DNA from: Alkalispirochaeta sp. | GTDB lineage: Bacteria; Spirochaetota; Spirochaetia; DSM-27196; Alkalispirochaetaceae | Direction: 5' to 3' | DNA: 64,000 bases | Assembly (NCBI GenBank): GCA_965601925.1 | Contig: OZ271854.1 | Location: 608,001-672,000 of the forward strand | Shown: one piece after another, positions 29,530 to 38,527 of the stretch | Layout of the letters: every line of letters starts with the position of its first letter | How positions within the stretch are numbered: position 1 is the stretch's first letter | Notes under the pieces: generated by a model | Databases searched by the model: none | Seen by the model: only the letters and a program-made list of their open reading frames with translations | Told to the model about the DNA's origin: nothing | Program-made: the position numbers and the translations under genes

Positions 29530-30554
29530 TGCGCCGCATCTGGATACCCCGCGCCGGGAGGGCGCACGTGCTTGAAGTGCGAGAAGAGCCCGACGTTACA
29601 CCGGCTGAGGGCGAGGTTTGTATCGACGTGGTCGCGGCGGGCGTCAACTTCGCGGATGTGCTGGCACGCACCGGAATGTATCCCGACGCGCCGCCCTTTC
29701 CGTGCGTCGTCGGTTATGAGGTATCGGGGCGCATCCGGGCGGTCGGTAACGCCGTCTCGGAGGCGAGGCCGGAACTGATACCGGGAGCGGCGGTCGTAGC
29801 GCTCACACGGTTCGGCGGTTACAGTGACACGGTATCGGTCCCCCACGGTCAGGTATTCGTTCTGCCGCCGGAGATACCGGTGGAGGATGCGGCTGCCTTA
29901 CCCGTCAACTATCTCACGGCGTGGCTCGCCCTCAGGCGTCTGGCGGTCGTCCACCCCGGCGACCTCGTGTTGATCCACAACGCCGGCGGAGGCGTGGGAA
30001 TCGCCGCCACCCAGCTCGCAAAGGCGGCCGGAGCGCGCACCGTCGGAACATCGTCGGCGTGGAAGCACGACGCGCTTACGGCCGGCGGCCTCGACCACGC
30101 GATCGACTATCGCACGCGCGATGTGGCCGAGGAGGTTCGCCGCATCGAGGCGCGCGGCGCCGACGTCATACTCAATCCGATGGGAGGTTCCACGGTGCGT
30201 CGCGATCTCCGTCTCCTCGCTCCCCTCGGTCATCTCGTGCTGTTCGGTCTATCGGAACCGGTCGCGGAGGGTCGTCGCTCGTGGTGGCGCCTCCTCCGCT
30301 CCCTCGTCGCGATGCCGCGCCCCGGGGTACTGGGCCTCATCAGCCGCAACCAGAGCGTCGCGGGACTCAACATCGGCCATCTCTGGTCGGATTTTCACCG
30401 ATTCCGGGCCGCCGGCGAGTATCTGCTCGAGGACTGGAAGAACGGTGTGATAGCGCCCAAGATTCACGCGCGCGTTCCCTTCGTCGACGCGGCACAGGCG
30501 CACGAGATACTCCAGGAGCGTAAGAATCTCGGCAAGGTACTCCTCGTCCCGTAA
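29529..30554 (+). CDS. Medium-chain dehydrogenase / quinone oxidoreductase (VAT-1-like)
   Basis: GVNFAD, GYEVSG, PVNYLTAW, AGGGVG, GKVLL. Confidence 0.9.
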   Translation: MRRIWIPRAGRAHVLEVREEPDVTPAEGEVCIDVVAAGVNFADVLARTGMYPDAPPFPCVVGYEVSGRIRAVGNAVSEARPELIPGAAVVALTRFGGYSDTVSVPHGQVFVLPPEIPVEDAAALPVNYLTAWLALRRLAVVHPGDLVLIHNAGGGVGIAATQLAKAAGARTVGTSSAWKHDALTAGGLDHAIDYRTRDVAEEVRRIEARGADVILNPMGGSTVRRDLRLLAPLGHLVLFGLSEPVAEGRRSWWRLLRSLVAMPRPGVLGLISRNQSVAGLNIGHLWSDFHRFRAAGEYLLEDWKNGVIAPKIHARVPFVDAAQAHEILQERKNLGKVLLVP

Positions 30555-30665
30555 AGCGGCCTACCGGGGGCGACCGCGCCGTATCGGCCAACACGACATC
30601 GGCGCTCACCATTGACGATACCGCATCGGCGGTAGTAGAGAAGGAGATGTGACGGAGTTTTCTAC

Positions 30666-31664
30666 ATGAGTAACGACCGCCTCGGCGCATCGGCGCTTGA
30701 CGACAAGGAATACGAGCAGCTCCTGCGATCGGCTCTCGACGCGTATGTGGCGGTACTCGTCGCCGACCTTGACGATCGAATACTGTACGCCAACAAGCAA
30801 TGGTGCGATATCTGGGGCTACACCGACGGGCCACCGGAGGTGGTCGATACGAAACTTCTCACTCTCGCACGCAACATGATTCACGATGTCGACGCATTCG
30901 AAGCGCGCATCGTCTACTTACGCGCCAACCCTCACGAAACCTCCTTCGAACTCGTACAATTCACCGACGGTAGAGTCCTGGAGCGACTCACCGCTCCATT
31001 GTACGTCGCGGGCGAGCTGCGCGCGCAGATATGGGCGTTCAGAGATCTGTCGGACCGCCTCAGCCCGTCGCTCATCTCACCCTCGAGCGGTCTCATATCC
31101 GGAAGCGGCGAGTCGGCGCGGCGCCTCGCCGCGACATCGGCGCGCGTTCGCGATTTCGTCAGTCGACACGTCGACGACATGTGCACTGTCTGCGTGGGCC
31201 TCGTATCGCTCCTTCACGACGCCATCGAGTCCGGAAGCGAGGATGACGAGTCACCAGTTCGCGCGCTCTCGCGTTACACCGCCATGTACACCGCAACCGG
31301 CCTCGGCTGCGATCCGAACGCCATCGACATCTCCGACACCCGTGAGAACGGCGCGGCGATGGTACCGCGGAGTCTAGACGCGCTTCTCGGTGCCGAACTG
31401 CTCCTCGCCGGCCTCGTTGCACTCGCGGCCGGGGAGGAGGTTGTGGCCGAGGTGCGGATTCACGCTTCGACGCTGGACATCGCCGGGCGACATCTCGGCT
31501 CGTATCCGCCCGTCGTAACCTACCCTCACATCGATATCGCCCGCGACTGCGCCGATCTTATACGGCGAGAGACGGACCACACGAGGACGGCGCAACCGGG
31601 ACTGGTGAGATTCGCGAGGCTCCGGTTTGAGGAGGAGACGACTCGCGGGGAGGATACGCGATGA
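30666..31664 (+). CDS. PAS domain protein with unassigned (possibly degenerate kinase-like) C-terminus
   Basis: ILYANKQWCDIWG...FTDGRVLER...IWAFRDL PAS signature. Confidence 0.75.
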   Translation: MSNDRLGASALDDKEYEQLLRSALDAYVAVLVADLDDRILYANKQWCDIWGYTDGPPEVVDTKLLTLARNMIHDVDAFEARIVYLRANPHETSFELVQFTDGRVLERLTAPLYVAGELRAQIWAFRDLSDRLSPSLISPSSGLISGSGESARRLAATSARVRDFVSRHVDDMCTVCVGLVSLLHDAIESGSEDDESPVRALSRYTAMYTATGLGCDPNAIDISDTRENGAAMVPRSLDALLGAELLLAGLVALAAGEEVVAEVRIHASTLDIAGRHLGSYPPVVTYPHIDIARDCADLIRRETDHTRTAQPGLVRFARLRFEEETTRGEDTR

Positions 31665-32701
31665 ACCGGTCCGTGGCGTTTTACGACGCCATCCTCGACA
31701 CGTTGGCCGCCGTGCTCATCGTAGATGAGGAGGGTAGAGTACTATACGCAAACGAGCCGTGGTACGACATGGTCGATGTCGAACGGAGTATCGTAGATTT
31801 TCGCATCACGCCGGAGCTTCGCGAGCGGTGGTCGGCCATGCTCCGCAATCCCGAGGGCTTCAGCGCTCGACTGGAGGAGTTACGGGAACACCCCGAGTTG
31901 GAAGCGCACGACCTGATCGAGTTCAAGGACGGGAGACTCTTCGAACGGTACAGCAAGCCGATTCCGAACGAGAACTATAAGAACGTACGCTTATGGGTCT
32001 TTCGCAACTTCTCAGACCGCCTCGCGATGCACGACGCTCTACCGTCGATCGCCCTCTCACAACGGGGGGCAAATAGGATCGCCGAGCGGATCGCGACACT
32101 CGAGTACGAGCTCGCTCGAGCTCGCGTACTGCGCGCCCACGCCGACGTAGCGACCGAGAAGAAGGCGGAATGGCTCGATACACTGCTCGGGACGGCGCAC
32201 AAGGTGCTGGGCGAGCTCCTTTCCGATCAGCCGCGGGGCGCCGGCTCGCTCGAGGCGGGGGAGATCCGCGATCGAGGGGCAGCCGCATTCGACGTCGCGA
32301 TTCACGGATACGCCGTGTTTCGGTTCGACGAACTCTGCTCGATTGCCGACGTCGCGTCGGTCCCGGTGTTCAGCCCGACGGCATTTCTGGAGGGATTCGT
32401 TCCTGCGCTCTGCGCACACACCCTCATGCTGAACAAACGACATTCCGGGATGCGCAACACCGAACCCGCCATACGTCTGTTTGTCGCCGGCGGCTCGGTC
32501 GTGATCGAGTCGGTCGGAGATATGCCCCCTCCCGGTGCGAGTGCCGCCGTGACCGGCGGCGCGACGGGAGATCCGCTCGATCCGCTGCGTCCCAAGCTTC
32601 GCGTGATTACCGAGCTCGAGGACATCTTTGCGACGTTAAGCGGCTTTCACCGCGCCGAGACCCGTACGGCCCGGGAATGGATACGGTACGAACATGATTG
32701 A
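31661..32701 (+). CDS. PAS domain protein, paralogue of the upstream gene
   Basis: VLYANEPWYDM...FKDGRLFERYS...LWVFRNF; ATGA overlap with the upstream gene. Confidence 0.75.
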   Translation: MNRSVAFYDAILDTLAAVLIVDEEGRVLYANEPWYDMVDVERSIVDFRITPELRERWSAMLRNPEGFSARLEELREHPELEAHDLIEFKDGRLFERYSKPIPNENYKNVRLWVFRNFSDRLAMHDALPSIALSQRGANRIAERIATLEYELARARVLRAHADVATEKKAEWLDTLLGTAHKVLGELLSDQPRGAGSLEAGEIRDRGAAAFDVAIHGYAVFRFDELCSIADVASVPVFSPTAFLEGFVPALCAHTLMLNKRHSGMRNTEPAIRLFVAGGSVVIESVGDMPPPGASAAVTGGATGDPLDPLRPKLRVITELEDIFATLSGFHRAETRTAREWIRYEHD

Positions 32702-34691
32702 CTACACCGACGGACTGCACACGACCACCATCGTGACGCTCGCCGCTCGCGAACTCCTCGGCAACCCGCGGTACGTGCGCATCGAGAGCCTGAGCGAGCG
32801 GTGGCTCGTCGAAAGCCACCCCGACGCACCGCCGGACCGCGTCGACACGGAGACGGTGCGCGGGGAGCGCCACGATGAGACGTGGCGCATCGATTGGTCT
32901 CACGGCGAGACGGGTGAACCGGGCGTACCGGTCGATCGCGAGCGCATTCGGGCCGTCTTTGCCCGGCTCATCGACACGCACGCCGACCCCGCATTTTCGC
33001 TTCGGGGGCTGCAGACGCACCGTGAGGCATCGCCGAGCTATTCCGGCGCACCGTTAAGCCCCGGCGTAGTGGCGGCGGTACCGACGAAAATCGACACGTG
33101 GGAACTCGATTCGATCCTCGCGTCGACCGAGTTACGACGCGAGATCGCCGAAGGCGAAATCGTCGCCGCCTCGCGCCTCGTGACGACCGAGATTCGCTCC
33201 CTCGCGGAGCGCTCGGCGAGCCGGGATGCCGCCGCGGTACTGGAGGCCCAAGCACTCCTGCTCGAGTCGTCGTCGTTCATCGGGGCGATCACGAGCAGCG
33301 TACGCGACGGCCAGTCTTTCAGCCTTTCGGTATCCTCGACCGTTAATCGCCTACGCGATCGGATTCGCGGCGTCGGCTCCTCGCTGGTGCTCGAAAAGAT
33401 TCAAGATATCGAGGATCTGGCGATGCGGCTCTCCCTCGCCGTACTGGGCACGAGCAGCACCTCCGTGAACGTGGCGGGGCGCATCGTATGCATCGACCAA
33501 CCGCAACCGTCGACGCTCTTTCAACTGACGAATGCGGGCGCCGCCGGTATTGCACTGTTCGACGCGACGGCAACGTCCCACCTCGCGATCATCGCTTCGT
33601 CTCTGCCGGTTCCGACCGTCCTGTTCGAAGGAAACGCGCCGACGCAGTTTGCCGCGGGGCCGTATACACTCGACGCGGAGTCGGGTGCGTTTTACGCCGG
33701 AACCGAGGCGTCCGGTACGAAGATATCCCTTCCACCGGCACTCGAGCTGGCCGGTGGACTGTCGCTGACCGATACCTCCATCATCGATCGCCCGGCGCTG
33801 CTTGCGAACGTGAGCGCGGAGCAGGATGCGGCCATCGCCGCCGCGGACGCGGAAGGCATCGGCCTGTACCGTACGGAACTTGCCTGGGAGTTGGTCGGAC
33901 GCATCCCCGCGGAGGACGAACAGTGTGCAACGTATCGCACCGTGTTCGCTTCGTTCGCAGGTAAGCCCATCACCGTCAGAACGGCCGATATCGGTGGCGA
34001 CAAGCCGATAGACGAAACTCTCTCCGACGCGGAGGATAACCCGTTTCTCGGCGTGCGGGGCATTCGATTCTCCCTGGCCCAGCGCGAGCTGTTTCGACGC
34101 CAGTTGCGGGCGATATTGCGCGCCGGAGTCGGATACGATGTGCGCGTTATGCTCCCGATGGTGACCACACCGTCGGAAATCGAGACGGCGCGCGAGGAGC
34201 TCGCTATTGCGGCGCTCGAGTTGGAACACGACGGCGTCGAACATCTGCGGACTCCCAAGCTCGGCATTATGATCGAAACGCCGGCGGCGGCGATCTATGC
34301 CGAGGAGTTGGCCCGTCGCGTCGATTTCTTTTCGATCGGTACCAACGACTTGGTCATGTATCTCATGGCGGTTGATCGCACGAATCAGGCCGTATCGTCA
34401 CTCTATCGCACCTTTCATCCGGTGATCCTCAGAACTCTCGATACGGTGGCAAAGGCGGCACATAGCGCATCCATACACGTATCGGTCTGCGGTCAGGCGG
34501 CCGCCGATCCGCACTTTTTGCCCTTCCTCGTCGGTATCGGCATCGATGCGGTAAGCGTCGCCCCCGGGAGTCTTCGTCGCACTCGCGACATCATCGCCCG
34601 TCTCTCACCCGCTCTATGCCGCGGATTCGCGGACCGCCTGCTGTCCGGCGAATCGTTGGCGGCCGTGTTGTCCGAGGTCGGGGACCGATAG
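32694..34691 (+). CDS. PEP-protein phosphotransferase (PTS Enzyme I-like) with extra N-terminal domain
   Basis: TSHLAI phospho-His, GIGLYRTE, DIGGDK, NPFLGVRGIR, SIGTNDL, CG; about 110 aa N-terminal extension. Confidence 0.9.
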   Translation: MIDYTDGLHTTTIVTLAARELLGNPRYVRIESLSERWLVESHPDAPPDRVDTETVRGERHDETWRIDWSHGETGEPGVPVDRERIRAVFARLIDTHADPAFSLRGLQTHREASPSYSGAPLSPGVVAAVPTKIDTWELDSILASTELRREIAEGEIVAASRLVTTEIRSLAERSASRDAAAVLEAQALLLESSSFIGAITSSVRDGQSFSLSVSSTVNRLRDRIRGVGSSLVLEKIQDIEDLAMRLSLAVLGTSSTSVNVAGRIVCIDQPQPSTLFQLTNAGAAGIALFDATATSHLAIIASSLPVPTVLFEGNAPTQFAAGPYTLDAESGAFYAGTEASGTKISLPPALELAGGLSLTDTSIIDRPALLANVSAEQDAAIAAADAEGIGLYRTELAWELVGRIPAEDEQCATYRTVFASFAGKPITVRTADIGGDKPIDETLSDAEDNPFLGVRGIRFSLAQRELFRRQLRAILRAGVGYDVRVMLPMVTTPSEIETAREELAIAALELEHDGVEHLRTPKLGIMIETPAAAIYAEELARRVDFFSIGTNDLVMYLMAVDRTNQAVSSLYRTFHPVILRTLDTVAKAAHSASIHVSVCGQAAADPHFLPFLVGIGIDAVSVAPGSLRRTRDIIARLSPALCRGFADRLLSGESLAAVLSEVGDR

Positions 34692-34790
34692 ACTTCCGAA
34701 ACGGCCGGCGAAATAAGACTATATGCTCCGCAGCTGAGACCTCCGCGCCTCCGGTGGAGCATTGAGCGTTGATTCCCGGCGGCGACGGTC

Positions 34791-35435
34791 CTAATAAGGA
34801 TCGGGAGCGTCGGCACCCCACAGTTGCCGGAGTCGCGCGTCGCGACCGCAGCCGGTGCGGTAGGTACGATATCGAACCGGGTTCTTGAGGTAGTAGTCCT
34901 GATGAAACTCCTCGGCCACATAAAACGGACGCGCCGATAAGATCTCGGTGACGACCGGAGCACGCAGCCTCCCCGACTCGTCGAGGGCGTCTCTGCTCGA
35001 CTCCGCCGACCGCTGTTGTTGGGCATCGGCGTAAAACACCGCGGTGCGATAACTCGATCCGCGATCGCAAAATTGACCACCGGCGTCGAGGGGATCGATG
35101 TTGACCCAAAAGACGTCGAGCAACTCCTCGTAGCTCACGACGCCGGGCTCGTAGACGATTAGGACCGCCTCGTAGTGCCCCGTATTGCCGCGAGTCACCT
35201 GACGATACGTAGGATTGGCGACGATGCCGCCGGTATATCCGGAGATCGTCGCAACGACGCCGTCGACCGAGTCGTAGGGGTGCTCCATGCACCAGAAACA
35301 ACCTCCGGCAAACACCGCCACCGCTTGATCGTCTTCCAACGTGGAAAAATCGAATGCCGGCTGTTGAGCCGCAATCGACATGGAAAGAACGAGGGAGAAG
35401 AGGACGATACTGTGAAAAGAAACCACGGTTTTCAT
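34791..35435 (-). CDS. msrA: Peptide-methionine (S)-S-oxide reductase, exported
   Basis: GGCFWC, GYTGG, GQFCDRG, AEEFHQDYY; signal peptide. Confidence 0.93.
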   Translation of the reverse strand: MKTVVSFHSIVLFSLVLSMSIAAQQPAFDFSTLEDDQAVAVFAGGCFWCMEHPYDSVDGVVATISGYTGGIVANPTYRQVTRGNTGHYEAVLIVYEPGVVSYEELLDVFWVNIDPLDAGGQFCDRGSSYRTAVFYADAQQQRSAESSRDALDESGRLRAPVVTEILSARPFYVAEEFHQDYYLKNPVRYRTYRTGCGRDARLRQLWGADAPDPY

Positions 35436-35476
35436 GTGATAAAGATAGCCATAGACCGTCGAGACGGGGAGGAACC

Positions 35477-36436
35477 ATGCAGAAATCGTATATCGAGCGA
35501 CGGCGGATCGCAACGTCGCGGAACGTCTACGGCGGTCTCCTCGTTCTGATGTTGACGACTCTCTCGCCGACGGTCGCGTGGGCCGTGGATGTCCGCAACG
35601 AGATTCTCATACCGGCCCAGGGATACGTCGGGGCCGCCTACTGCCACGGAGGCTTCGCGGCGCCGTGCTTCGACTGCAGCGGCTTCGTCTCGCACTTATA
35701 CAGCCCGCACGTTCCCGGACTTCCGAGAATTTCCAACGATATGGCGCGCTTCGGGACACCGGTCGAGCGCTCGGATCTTCGTCCGGGAGACCTCGTCTTC
35801 TTCGTCACCGGAAGCCGCTCCGGGGTCGTAACGCACGTCGCGGTGTATATGGGCAACGATTCGATCATTCACGCAATATCGGACGGCCCGAATCGCGGTG
35901 TGTCGATCACGCCGTTGAGCGCTCGGTACTGGCGCACGCGGTATCACAGTGCACGCCGGGTCGTCCAATCGGCGCCCCCGGCGGCGTCCGGGGAGCACAC
36001 CGATCGCTCCATCCGTTTTGCCGACGGTGCGTACACGGGCGAGCTCCGGGACGGCGTGCCGCACGGCGAGGGACGAATCGTTCTGAACAACGGCGACGAG
36101 TACGCGGGTTCGTTCGAAGAGGGAGCGTTTCACGGCCGAGGCGTCTATCGTTGGGCTTCGGGCGAGCGCTACGAGGGCTCATTTCGCGCCGGCTCGATGC
36201 ACGGCGAAGGGGTGTTCGTCCGCGCCGACGGCCGGACGGTCGCCGGACAGTGGCGCGACGGCGCGTTGCAGCCCGAAGCGACCGCCGCGGCGCCGCCACA
36301 GCAGATCGAACGGCGCACGTATACGGAAACCGCGACCTCTCCGTGGGATACTTGGGACGGTATCGTCGAAGGCGACTTTCGCGCGTGGCTCCGGCAGCAG
36401 GAGGCCGAGTTTGAGGAGTGGAAGCGCAATAACTAA
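35477..36436 (+). CDS. NlpC/P60 (C40) peptidase with C-terminal MORN repeats
   Basis: FDCSG, PGDLVFF, HV, IHA; three YxGx(F/L)xxGxxHGxG repeats plus a partial fourth; GGAGG RBS. Confidence 0.9.
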   Translation: MQKSYIERRRIATSRNVYGGLLVLMLTTLSPTVAWAVDVRNEILIPAQGYVGAAYCHGGFAAPCFDCSGFVSHLYSPHVPGLPRISNDMARFGTPVERSDLRPGDLVFFVTGSRSGVVTHVAVYMGNDSIIHAISDGPNRGVSITPLSARYWRTRYHSARRVVQSAPPAASGEHTDRSIRFADGAYTGELRDGVPHGEGRIVLNNGDEYAGSFEEGAFHGRGVYRWASGERYEGSFRAGSMHGEGVFVRADGRTVAGQWRDGALQPEATAAAPPQQIERRTYTETATSPWDTWDGIVEGDFRAWLRQQEAEFEEWKRNN

Positions 36437-36819
36437 CGGCGGAGATCGAGGGCGCGAAAGACGTGCGGTAACGATGCGGGATCGTCCGACACAAAAAGTA
36501 TCTCGCCGTCGGTCGCGATGAGTACGACGGCAAAATCGCTGTCGGCGAGACCGAGCTGGTGCGCGACCGCTTCCACATTGTAGATCGCAGGATCGACGTC
36601 GATCGCGACCACGTTGCGCGCGACGACACGATTCCATTCCGTAGAGAGGGCCAGGTTAAAGGAAAACACGCGCGGATCGTCGGTATCGGAAGAGAACACG
36701 ACGAGTACGTTCGATTCTCCCCGATATTGCTCCAGATCGAGAGCTTGACCGTACAAGACGGCGGTCGGAGCGAGGACGACGAGCATCGCAAGCCGGCGAA
36801 TCGTTACACGTACCGTCAT
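36433..36819 (-). CDS. DUF4174-like exported small protein
   Basis: Signal-like N-terminus; LEQYRGESNVLVVFS...FAVVLIATDG. Confidence 0.6.
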   Translation of the reverse strand: MTVRVTIRRLAMLVVLAPTAVLYGQALDLEQYRGESNVLVVFSSDTDDPRVFSFNLALSTEWNRVVARNVVAIDVDPAIYNVEAVAHQLGLADSDFAVVLIATDGEILFVSDDPASLPHVFRALDLRR

Positions 36820-36967
36820 GGCACCACAGCGTACCCGCCGCCCGGGGTTTGAGCAAGACGCGTCGTCGGCACCGGAATGACGAACATGAGTGTGCGCATG
36901 CAGCCGTCGAAGGCGTTCCGGTAGTACCTTTGACCGATCCAAGCTAATCATCCAGGAGGTGTAGTCA

Positions 36968-38416
36968 ATGGTACCGATTACGGTGGCCCGAGGAGACGGG
37001 ATTGGACCCGAAATCATGGATGCGTCGTTGCGCATTCTGCAGGAGGCCGGAGCTGATATCGAGATAGAAGAGGTAATGGTCGGTGAGAAGGTATACCTTT
37101 CCGGTAATACATCCGGCATCGAGCCGGCGTTTTGGGATTCCATCCGTCGAACAAAGGTATTCTACAAGGCGCCGTTGACGACTCCTCAGGGAGGCGGTTA
37201 CAAAAGCATCAACGTCACTACACGTAAGACGCTATCGCTCTATGCGAACGTTCGTCCCGCGCGATCACTGCATCCCTTCGTCGAGACCAAACATCCCAAA
37301 CAGGACCTCGTAGTGATCCGTGAAAACGAGGAAGACCTCTACGCGGGAATAGAGCATCGGCAAACCGACGAGGTCTATCAGTGCCTCAAGCTCATATCGC
37401 GACCCGGAAGCGAGCGCATCATCCGCTACGCCTTTGAGTACGCCAGAGCCAATAACCGCCAAAAGGTCACCTGTTTTACCAAAGACAATATCATGAAGCT
37501 CACCGACGGACTCTTTCACGACGTCTTCGACGAGGTCGCCGCCGAGTACCCCGACGTTGAAAACGAGCACTGGATCGTCGATATCGGCGCGGCGAAGATG
37601 GCCGACGCACCGGAGAACTTCGACGTACTGGTCCTCCCCAACCTCTACGGAGACGTTCTCTCCGACGTCGCAGCCCAGATCGCGGGTTCCGTCGGCATGG
37701 CCGGCAGCGCCAACATCGGCGAGCACGCGGCGATGTTCGAGGCGATTCACGGAAGCGCGCCGCGCCGGGCGGGTCAGAATCTCGCCAATCCGTCGGGACT
37801 GCTGCAGGGCGGCATCATGATGTTGGTACACATCGGACAAAGCGAGGCCGCCGAACGCGTCCACAACGCGTGGTTGCGCACGATCGAGGAGGGAATTCAC
37901 ACCTACGACATCTATCGCGAGGGAGTGAGCAAACAAAAGGTCGGCACCAAGGAGTTTGCCGATGCGGTGATCGAACGCCTCGGGAAGAAACCGGAGACGT
38001 TGCAGGCGGTAAGCTACGCCGGGAGCGCCGGCGTGCCCGCAGCGACGTCGGCATCAAAACGTAAGCCGGCGGAGCGAATTCTCAAAGGTGCGGACATCTT
38101 TCTCTCCTGGGACGAGGCCGACCGAAGTCCGGAGGTGCTCGGAGAGACGCTGAGCAAAGCAAGCGACGACCGCATCAAACTCACAATGATCACCAACCGC
38201 GGCCTCAAAGTATGGCCTAAGGGGGCGCCGGAGACCTTCTGCACCGACCACTGGCGGTGTCGCTTCGAGGGCGCAACCGATGCGGTCCAACTGAAGCCCC
38301 AAGACATCGTCGACGCGCAGCAGCGGGTACTGCAAAACGGGTTCGACATCATAAAGACGGAGAATCTGTACACATTCGACGGTGTTCCCGGATACTCGTT
38401 GGGCCAGGGGCAATAG
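36968..38416 (+). CDS. icd: Isocitrate dehydrogenase (NADP), type with C-terminal extension
   Basis: GDGIGPEI, KAPLTTP, RENEEDLY, KDNIMK, NLYGD, EAIHGSAP; C-terminal YSLGQGQ. Confidence 0.95.
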   Translation: MVPITVARGDGIGPEIMDASLRILQEAGADIEIEEVMVGEKVYLSGNTSGIEPAFWDSIRRTKVFYKAPLTTPQGGGYKSINVTTRKTLSLYANVRPARSLHPFVETKHPKQDLVVIRENEEDLYAGIEHRQTDEVYQCLKLISRPGSERIIRYAFEYARANNRQKVTCFTKDNIMKLTDGLFHDVFDEVAAEYPDVENEHWIVDIGAAKMADAPENFDVLVLPNLYGDVLSDVAAQIAGSVGMAGSANIGEHAAMFEAIHGSAPRRAGQNLANPSGLLQGGIMMLVHIGQSEAAERVHNAWLRTIEEGIHTYDIYREGVSKQKVGTKEFADAVIERLGKKPETLQAVSYAGSAGVPAATSASKRKPAERILKGADIFLSWDEADRSPEVLGETLSKASDDRIKLTMITNRGLKVWPKGAPETFCTDHWRCRFEGATDAVQLKPQDIVDAQQRVLQNGFDIIKTENLYTFDGVPGYSLGQGQ

Positions 38417-38527
38417 CTCGCAATCTATCACATCGACCGAGGACGCCCCGGCGTTCTCGGTCGCACCTCACCTTCGGACACGCACCGTGTACGATTTCCA
38501 CGATCGGTAGGCGGAAGCCGGCGCTCG

